Source of the DNA: Caecitellus pseudoparvulus
Taxonomy: Eukaryota > Protista > Bigyra: Bicosoecida
Direction: 5' to 3'
Assembly: GCA_965644315.1 (NCBI GenBank)
Contig: CBFFRQ010000032.1
Location: forward strand, 682,001 to 746,000
Length of the DNA: 64,000 nucleotides
The position numbers and the translations under genes were made by a program. The notes beneath the pieces were generated by a model that had not been told where the DNA came from, did no database searches, and was given only the letters and a program-made list of their open reading frames with translations. Positions 57,507-64,000 of the stretch are shown one piece after another (within the stretch, counting starts at the first letter, position 1; each line of letters opens with the position of its first letter).

Positions 57507-57909
57507 GGTGCTGGTGCGGGCGGCACCCGCGCGGGGACAGACTGCAGGCACGCAGGGGCTGCCTACGGCCAAGCACGTGCCTGGCTACACAATGAACGAT
57601 CCGGCTGGGGCCTGGGATAGTGGGTGTATGGTTTTTGACCAGCCATGGTGCGATTGCCCGTCAGAGGGCGTGCTCAGCCGCGGCACGCCGGCCAACGCAG
57701 GTGAAATGCTGGGTTGCATTTTCATTGCAGCGAGGGACAAGGGGCAAAGTGGTGCACTGGGGGTGCATCTCCTCGCCCCTTGCCCGACAGCGATGGCCCC
57801 ACCCGGCCTCCTCGACTCACGGTCGACTCGGCGGGGAAGGGTCTGGGTCACGTCACAAGAAGTGAGCCGCACACTGCGGCATGATAGGCCTCTCAAGGGG
57901 GTTCAGCAC

Positions 57910-60900
57910 TCACTGTGGCTTAGCTGCTCCGCCTCTATCCACGGGGTCAGAGGCAGCAGCGGCGGCGGCGGCGGCCAGCTCAGGCAGCCTACTCTCGCGG
58001 CGCAGCATCGGGTTCGCGCTGGCCACTGGCTTCGCCGAAAAACTTGCTCGCCTGGCGGCAGGGTCCTGTGGCTTTGGAGCTGCACCTTGAGCCCGCACAG
58101 CCTTGGCTGCAGCAGGGGTGCCCACTGCACCCTTGGCTGCGGCAGCGCCTGGCCCGGCAGATGCAGCAGCGGCGGGCTGGGACACCTTGATGCGTTTGTC
58201 ATCATCCTTACCCTCGGCTTCGTGGGGGAAGAGTTGCTCACGCAAGTCCAGGACAGCAGACGTCTTGATGCCCATGGCCTCACGTGCCTGGCGCTGCTGC
58301 ATCACGGACGTCAGCAAGCGGGCAATGGTGCGGGTCTGGTGACCTGCAAGCTCCATGAGGTCTTCGTGTGGGGTATCTGCGTTGACGGTGCGGAACCAGT
58401 CTGCCAGCTGGTTCACGACGTCCACTTCGGTGCCGTCAGTGGCCTCAAAGCGCTTGGCCTTGTGGCCCTTGGTCAGGAGTGGGTTGTTCGCCATCTCAAT
58501 GGGTCCTCCCGTCTCCTCACCCTCAAAGCCATCGGCAGCCTTCAGCAGCTTGGTCACCGCAGCATCAGTGCGAGCATCTGCCTTGGCATCGGCAGTCTTC
58601 TTGCTCTCAACATCATCGGGTTTCTTGGTGGAGGACTTGGCAGCCAGCTGGCTGCGCAGGTGTTCCACATGCACCTGGTGGCGCATGTCCACGATGAACA
58701 CCGCCACCAAGTACACCAGGGACACGGCGATGAGGAGGGCAACGACGACGACGAGGGCTTCCCGTTCGCCAGCGTACACGTCTGACTGCAGGCGCTCCGA
58801 GGAGAACATCAACCCGGCCAGCGCCACAAGGATGCTGCTCGTCAGCAGCGCCGTCTCCAGGAAGTTGTAGCTCAGCATAACCTCATGCACCCAGCCCTGC
58901 GCCACTGCAGCGGTGGAGCCCGCCAGAGCCATGGCGTTCCCCAGTGTGCGCTGCTTTGCGAACATGCGCGCACGGGTGACGTTCAGCGTCATGCGGCGAG
59001 TCTTGGCCTTGGCCTTGCTGCGGGCGTCGGACATCTCGGCACGCACCCGGGCAGCCATGGCGGATGTGGAGGACGCGTGTGCCTCAAGCACGGCACGCAC
59101 ATCTCCAGGGGACATGAAGGGCGAGTGGTGCATGTGCAGGATCAAGGCAGCAAAGAACACCAGCAGCATGAAGGCGATCTGGAACTCGGCGTTGCGCCGG
59201 AACATGAGCGCGGTGAAAGCCAGCAGTCCCTTGCGAGCCAGAAGGACGCAGATCCAGTACGACGCGTATATGGGCTTAAAGCGGAAATACAGGCGGGAGT
59301 ACTTCTTGCGGAAATCGTAGCAGCGAGGGTTGGTCGCGCGGTCCTCGCCCGTGGCGCGCGCGCGGAGCAGCTGGTCCTCAATGACCATGTCTCGGTGCTT
59401 GCGCAGGAGGTACGTCACACCTGCAGGGAAACCAATGACGTACAGCAGCAGGCCAATGACGGCCCACGGCAGCATGGCCATCTGCACGCCGCCTTCCTCC
59501 CAGCAGGGCACGAAGACAATCTCCAAGTACGTCTTGCCGTCGCTGGGCTCGGTGGGGTTGCAGTTGAAAACGTCCAGGGTGGTGCGGGTGAGGTACAGGT
59601 ACAGGTAGTACATGGTCATGGCCATGACAGCGACCATGCGTGGCGTGTGGGTGTTCAGGCCCTTGCGGCGGCCCAGGATGCAGCGCTTGTACAAGTACAG
59701 GATGCAGTGCAGCGCGAAGAAGATCAACGCTGCCCCCACCGGCAGCAGCATGACGCCAATGACTTTGGTATCTGCTGTGATGGCATCGAATGTGCACTCC
59801 GGCGCAGTTAGGTTCAGATTCAAGTTGAAAGCCGAGAGGTACTGGAACATGGCCAGCAGCGCAGGCGGCCACGCAACCTGTGTCCTGGAGAAGATGGACA
59901 GTGCTTGGAAGTAGTCGATGGCAACGCCTGCCACGATGAGGTTCACTCGCTTGCTGTGCATGACGTAGCCAAGGGCTGCGAGGGCCAGTGCTGCCACGAC
60001 GAAGATGACGATGAGCATCCAGGCGTTGTCGGGGCACTCAATGCACTCGCCATCAAAGCGGTAGTGGCCGTCACTGCACAAGGCGCAACGCTCACCTCGG
60101 TACGGCGCAGAGCAAGTGTTGTTCCCAGTGCAGGCGTCCTGAGGCTGGCAAGGTAGCGACTGGGGGCAAGCACCACGGTGCTGGCGCTCGGTAGGGCACA
60201 CACCCTGCGCAGTGCTGGTGTTCTGACCCCAGAACCCCACGTTGGCCTGGGGCTCTGCAGCGCCACCTTCACAGCGCATGCCTGCGGGACACTCCAAGCA
60301 CAGCTCGCCAGCCTGGCCGTAGTAGCCATCGGCGCAATCCACGCGCAGGAAGCGCGAGCCCCGCGTGGAGGTCTGCCCAGCCAGTGTCATGGTCATGGAC
60401 TTGAAACCGCTGCGCATGCTGGGGGAGGAGCAGGCGATGAAGGCGTCGGTTTCTTGTCCGCCAGGTGGTCGGAGCGCCGCATCTGCGCACTGCACCGTGA
60501 CACTGTCCTCATGCACGGTTGCAGTCCAGGCACCGCCCTCTTGCTCAGCAAGGGTGAGAGTCGGGTCGCTCAGCTCAGCGGCTTGCAGCATGCGGGAGCC
60601 AGGGGCAGCACGCGGCACGATGGTGATGGAGGAGGAGTTCAGAACCACGCCATCTCGCAAGAACATGGGGGACAGGTCAAAGTCGTGGTGGAACTGCACC
60701 TGGACGTTGCTTGTCTGGAAAGGCCCAAAGGCTCGCTCACCAGGCAGCAGGCAGGTGCCATCCACGCCGAGGGCGGCATACTGCTCTGGCGTCTTGCGGA
60801 AGACGCCAAAGTTCTCTCCGCGGATGTTCAATGTGTCCCCATGCGCGGCAGGAATCGGCGGGAAGAGGAACGTGACACTGGGCTCTAGGAAGGAGAAGTT

Positions 60901-63900
60901 CACTCCCGCCTGAGGAGCCAGCCCGGAAGCCACAGGAGGGGCGACAAGCTCCTGAGGCGGCACCTTGGAGCTGATGTGCCCCGGCACTTGCACAACCACT
61001 GCGAGGTCCTGTCCGAAACCACCACCGATGGTGCAAGACACGACGTCCAGGGCGGAGGCATCTGGGAAATCCGTCAAGTCCACAGCTGACACATCACCAT
61101 CGTTCCTCAAACACGGCGCAGTGACGGTGGTCGTGGCGTTCAACGCATAGACCACTTGCACCTCGGCAGCATCGCCAAAGTGCTCCCCGATGACGAACAC
61201 GTCTGTGCACTCAGACGTCATGCCGGAGGAGGGGGAGATGGCCATGGGCATGGGGTGCAGCTGTGCAATGGTGAGGGAGTCCACGGCAGCCTGAGCTGCG
61301 CTGGTGCTGGCCACGCTGGTTTGCTCCCCTGCCAACACCACCAGAGCTTTGGGTGACCCCTGGAAGGCAGGCATCATGAACTCGACCTCAGTGTGACTCC
61401 ACCGCACCATGTCCACGCCTGCCACTGCGATGTGGCCGTCAGCTTCCACCAGGTGGGCCTCGTCGCCACCCTCAACATCAGGTGCAATGACACGTGATGC
61501 GTTCACAGGCCAAATGGCTCCGAAGCCAGTGCTGCTGAGCACCCTGGAGAGGCTGCCCAGAACTGCGTCACCAACAGTCTCGTCAGCTGCAGAGCCGTCA
61601 GTGTGGCCCGTGGAGATGAGCAGAACTTTGGGGGTGAGTCCGAAATTGGCACCCGTGATGGTGACGGCCACACCGCCCTTGGTAGGGGCGCTGCGCTGCG
61701 AGAGGCTGGCCACGGTGGGGGGCAAGTATGCCAAGGTGGAGGCGGTGCCCAGAGCGGAGGCTTGGCCTGCAACGGTCACGCGCACAGGCAAGCCAGCGCC
61801 TTCGCCAGGAGGCACCGTGCAGGTGAGTTGGGTGTCAGTCCAGGTGGAAGGGTCGACGAGGGGGCAAGGGGCGCCACCCACCGTGACTTGGGGACGGATG
61901 ATGCTCAGCACAGCTGCGTTGCCTTCAGACAGGGAAGGGCTGCCGAAGCCAGAGCCAGAGAGTGTGATGGTGCCGCCGGATGTCGGCACGGAGCCCGACA
62001 CGGCCGTGATGGTAGGTGCTGCATAGGTGACTCGGGGAGGCACAAAGCCGATGTCCAAGTCCCTGATGTCAGTCAGGCGCTGGGTGTCTGTGCGATCCTT
62101 GTAGAAGTAGTGCACCTCCAAGTCTGCCCCGACGCCCACGAAAGGCGGGATGGTTACGCTGAGCGTGTCGTGCCCTGACCCCGAGCCGGACGAAGGCGTC
62201 AAGTACCGCTCCAAGGCACGGGCAGCCACAGGGCTCCAGAAGACACGCTGGTCCACTGCACCGAAGTCACGCCCTGTCAGGGTGACACTGCCACCGCTCG
62301 TGGTCAGGGCCTGCGGGGCAACGGCATTGGCGAAGGGGAAGCGGTACTGCAAGTACAAGATGCCAGGCTGGGGGGGCAAGGACCCGACTGAGATGCGCAA
62401 GGGTTCAAAGCCTTGCCCAGGCGGCAGAGTGCAGGAGATGACGGTGACATTGGCGCTGAGTGGGGACACAGCCGCGTCTGTGGCAGGATCAAACGCACAC
62501 TCTTCGTCCCCCACCGTGATGGTCACCAGCGCCCACTGTGCAGGGGAGCTGCCGACATTCTGCGCCTCCAGAGTGATGACTTCACCGCCCACTGTGGGGA
62601 AAGTGACACCGTCAAATGCGTCACGGTTGCTCAAGGAGGGGGAGAAGTCAGTGAATGCAGTGGGCAGACTGCTGCGCCCACCTGCACGCACAACGACGCT
62701 GCCGTCAAGGCTGGTCAGCTCCACCTGCACGCGTGTGTGGCTGGCTGACACTGCAGGCACTGGAGCGCCATTCACCTCCACGATGGGGGCGTGGCCGAAC
62801 CCCGTGCCGAAGAGTGTCAGTTCGTTGCCTCCGCCTGCGATGGGCACAGACAGAACTTCCTCGATGTCCGGACCAGCGTAGATATACGAGAACGGGCCTT
62901 CGGGCGCCCCTGCCGACGACAACTCCGCTGACACACCTCCAGTGGTAGACCCTGTGCCGACTTGCACTGGGATGCGCTCTGCAAGCTGATTGGGGTGGGA
63001 CGGCGACGACACGTCCAAGCTTCCCACTGCAGAGTCGAACATGCCCTGGTCCAGCTCAGGCAGCGTCACGAAGAACTCCTGCACAACAAGGCTTTCGCCT
63101 GCGGCAGGGAGGGTGGACGGGGCGGAATGCAGGGGTCCGCCATTCACTGCCAGCCAAGACGTGGAGAAGTTGGCCAGCACCAGTTGGGCGACGCCAGAAG
63201 CGTCCGGGAGCGTGCGGGAGATTGCGACACTGTCCACCCATGCTGAACGACCCAAGTCGGCCTCGCGTGCAGCCAAGACGTCGTTGCGAGACAGGGCAGT
63301 CAGGCGACGGTTCCCAAATTCCACGAACGGAGACGAGGCGGCGGAGCCGAAGCCCACCCCCGTCGCATACACTGCCACGATGCTGCCGCCTTGTGTGGCA
63401 CCTTGCGTGGGCGTGACCAGCAACAGGGACGGACGTTCAGTGCTGGACGTGGCATCAGAAGGTGCTGAGGCCTGCCCCGCCACAGTCACGATCCACCGCA
63501 AGTTCTGCCCCACATGTGGCACAGTCACACAGTCTACCTGCGTGTGGGAGGCCACCGTGCAGTTGGCAGCAGTGTACTCCACGCCCGTTGGGCCGTACGT
63601 GACGGACTGCAGGTACGGCAGCACTTCGATGCTGGGATCAGACGTGTCAGTGGCGCCTTCGGGCACTTGGCGCATGCCTTCTGGCAGGGGGGGGCCAAAG
63701 TTCACACCCGTCAAGGTCACCCGCTCGCCACCTCCTGTGCTGGCGTCCGCCGAGCCTGGCCCAGACAGGCCAGTCACGACGGGCACGCCGTACTTGGTGG
63801 TGGGGGCTGCAGACTCCTGCTCTCCAATGACAACCCGCCACTTCAAGCCTTGCCCAGCCCCGACGGCCGTGGCACACTGCATCTCCACATGCGCCTGCGT

Positions 63901-64000
63901 CACAGTGCAGTTCGCCGCAGCATAGCGACGGGGCTGGCCCTCCACACCATACGAGACGTCAGTGATGAAGGCGCTGCCTGCAGGGCCAAAGTTCTCCCCA
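57910..64000 (-). CDS. Second giant IPT/TIG-repeat 9-TM surface receptor, paralog of 22902-37398; 5' part lies beyond the window
   Basis: The frame is open to the window edge. It has IPT/TIG repeats, a Cys-rich stalk and a 9-TM region highly similar to the first receptor (YYLYLYLTRTTLD.FNCNPT, EDQLLRARATGEDRATNPRCY.FRKKY). Confidence 0.88.
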   Translation of the reverse strand, partial: GENFGPAGSAFITDVSYGVEGQPRRYAAANCTVTQAHVEMQCATAVGAGQGLKWRVVIGEQESAAPTTKYGVPVVTGLSGPGSADASTGGGERVTLTGVNFGPPLPEGMRQVPEGATDTSDPSIEVLPYLQSVTYGPTGVEYTAANCTVASHTQVDCVTVPHVGQNLRWIVTVAGQASAPSDATSSTERPSLLLVTPTQGATQGGSIVAVYATGVGFGSAASSPFVEFGNRRLTALSRNDVLAAREADLGRSAWVDSVAISRTLPDASGVAQLVLANFSTSWLAVNGGPLHSAPSTLPAAGESLVVQEFFVTLPELDQGMFDSAVGSLDVSSPSHPNQLAERIPVQVGTGSTTGGVSAELSSAGAPEGPFSYIYAGPDIEEVLSVPIAGGGNELTLFGTGFGHAPIVEVNGAPVPAVSASHTRVQVELTSLDGSVVVRAGGRSSLPTAFTDFSPSLSNRDAFDGVTFPTVGGEVITLEAQNVGSSPAQWALVTITVGDEECAFDPATDAAVSPLSANVTVISCTLPPGQGFEPLRISVGSLPPQPGILYLQYRFPFANAVAPQALTTSGGSVTLTGRDFGAVDQRVFWSPVAARALERYLTPSSGSGSGHDTLSVTIPPFVGVGADLEVHYFYKDRTDTQRLTDIRDLDIGFVPPRVTYAAPTITAVSGSVPTSGGTITLSGSGFGSPSLSEGNAAVLSIIRPQVTVGGAPCPLVDPSTWTDTQLTCTVPPGEGAGLPVRVTVAGQASALGTASTLAYLPPTVASLSQRSAPTKGGVAVTITGANFGLTPKVLLISTGHTDGSAADETVGDAVLGSLSRVLSSTGFGAIWPVNASRVIAPDVEGGDEAHLVEADGHIAVAGVDMVRWSHTEVEFMMPAFQGSPKALVVLAGEQTSVASTSAAQAAVDSLTIAQLHPMPMAISPSSGMTSECTDVFVIGEHFGDAAEVQVVYALNATTTVTAPCLRNDGDVSAVDLTDFPDASALDVVSCTIGGGFGQDLAVVVQVPGHISSKVPPQELVAPPVASGLAPQAGVNFSFLEPSVTFLFPPIPAAHGDTLNIRGENFGVFRKTPEQYAALGVDGTCLLPGERAFGPFQTSNVQVQFHHDFDLSPMFLRDGVVLNSSSITIVPRAAPGSRMLQAAELSDPTLTLAEQEGGAWTATVHEDSVTVQCADAALRPPGGQETDAFIACSSPSMRSGFKSMTMTLAGQTSTRGSRFLRVDCADGYYGQAGELCLECPAGMRCEGGAAEPQANVGFWGQNTSTAQGVCPTERQHRGACPQSLPCQPQDACTGNNTCSAPYRGERCALCSDGHYRFDGECIECPDNAWMLIVIFVVAALALAALGYVMHSKRVNLIVAGVAIDYFQALSIFSRTQVAWPPALLAMFQYLSAFNLNLNLTAPECTFDAITADTKVIGVMLLPVGAALIFFALHCILYLYKRCILGRRKGLNTHTPRMVAVMAMTMYYLYLYLTRTTLDVFNCNPTEPSDGKTYLEIVFVPCWEEGGVQMAMLPWAVIGLLLYVIGFPAGVTYLLRKHRDMVIEDQLLRARATGEDRATNPRCYDFRKKYSRLYFRFKPIYASYWICVLLARKGLLAFTALMFRRNAEFQIAFMLLVFFAALILHMHHSPFMSPGDVRAVLEAHASSTSAMAARVRAEMSDARSKAKAKTRRMTLNVTRARMFAKQRTLGNAMALAGSTAAVAQGWVHEVMLSYNFLETALLTSSILVALAGLMFSSERLQSDVYAGEREALVVVVALLIAVSLVYLVAVFIVDMRHQVHVEHLRSQLAAKSSTKKPDDVESKKTADAKADARTDAAVTKLLKAADGFEGEETGGPIEMANNPLLTKGHKAKRFEATDGTEVDVVNQLADWFRTVNADTPHEDLMELAGHQTRTIARLLTSVMQQRQAREAMGIKTSAVLDLREQLFPHEAEGKDDDKRIKVSQPAAAASAGPGAAAAKGAVGTPAAAKAVRAQGAAPKPQDPAARRASFSAKPVASANPMLRRESRLPELAAAAAAAASDPVDRGGAAKPQ
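63456..64000 (-). repeat. Near-identical long inverted repeat, copy 2 (partner 31179-31723); truncated by the window edge
   Basis: The reverse complement matches 31179-31723 with 3 synonymous mismatches. Confidence 0.97.

Noticed and set aside
31724-63455. Segment between the inverted repeats as a transposon or endogenous virus with terminal inverted repeats
   Set aside because: The repeats are internal coding parts of two host genes, and the enclosed genes are intron-containing housekeeping genes. There is no transposase, integrase or capsid gene, and no obvious GC shift.
1-64000. tRNA, rRNA, CRISPR arrays, telomeric repeats, selenocysteine or stop-codon recoding
   Set aside because: None recognisable by eye. 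All apparent frame breaks checked were resolved by canonical GT-AG introns.

Overview
Gene-dense, GC-rich eukaryotic DNA with short GT-AG spliceosomal introns, mostly about 65-120 nt. It is most plausibly from a heterotrophic stramenopile, inferred from the cadherin/9-TM receptors; the taxon cannot be fixed from this window. About 23 protein genes can be reconstructed: a Rab1-like GTPase, an ANKRD13-like protein with an inserted GOLD domain, MCM8, EXO1, a USP deubiquitinase, a divergent TRAPPC9/Trs120, a sedolisin (S53), WASHC3, glucosidase II beta, RPL38, a CANT1 apyrase, PRODH, TM9SF, a secretory sHSP-like protein, QTRT2, a CENP-V/GFA protein, an SRSF1-like protein, an SPFH/stomatin protein, three unknown proteins and two giant surface receptors. 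No rRNA, tRNA, CRISPR array or transposon could be supported. Three signals stand out. (1) Two convergent paralogous receptor genes, one complete (EGF/C-type lectin/cadherin/IPT-TIG/9-TM) and one partial, share an in-frame block of at least 545 bp with only 3 mismatches, while their downstream sequence is strongly diverged. This indicates recent gene conversion, and the block forms an inverted repeat whose recombination would invert about 32 kb and swap the C-terminal halves. (2) Convergent genes have stop codons only 7-28 bp apart. (3) The hexamer AATGCA (variant AATACA) recurs in sense orientation just after most stop codons and is palindromic in two shared spacers, making it a candidate non-canonical, bidirectional 3'-end or polyadenylation signal.
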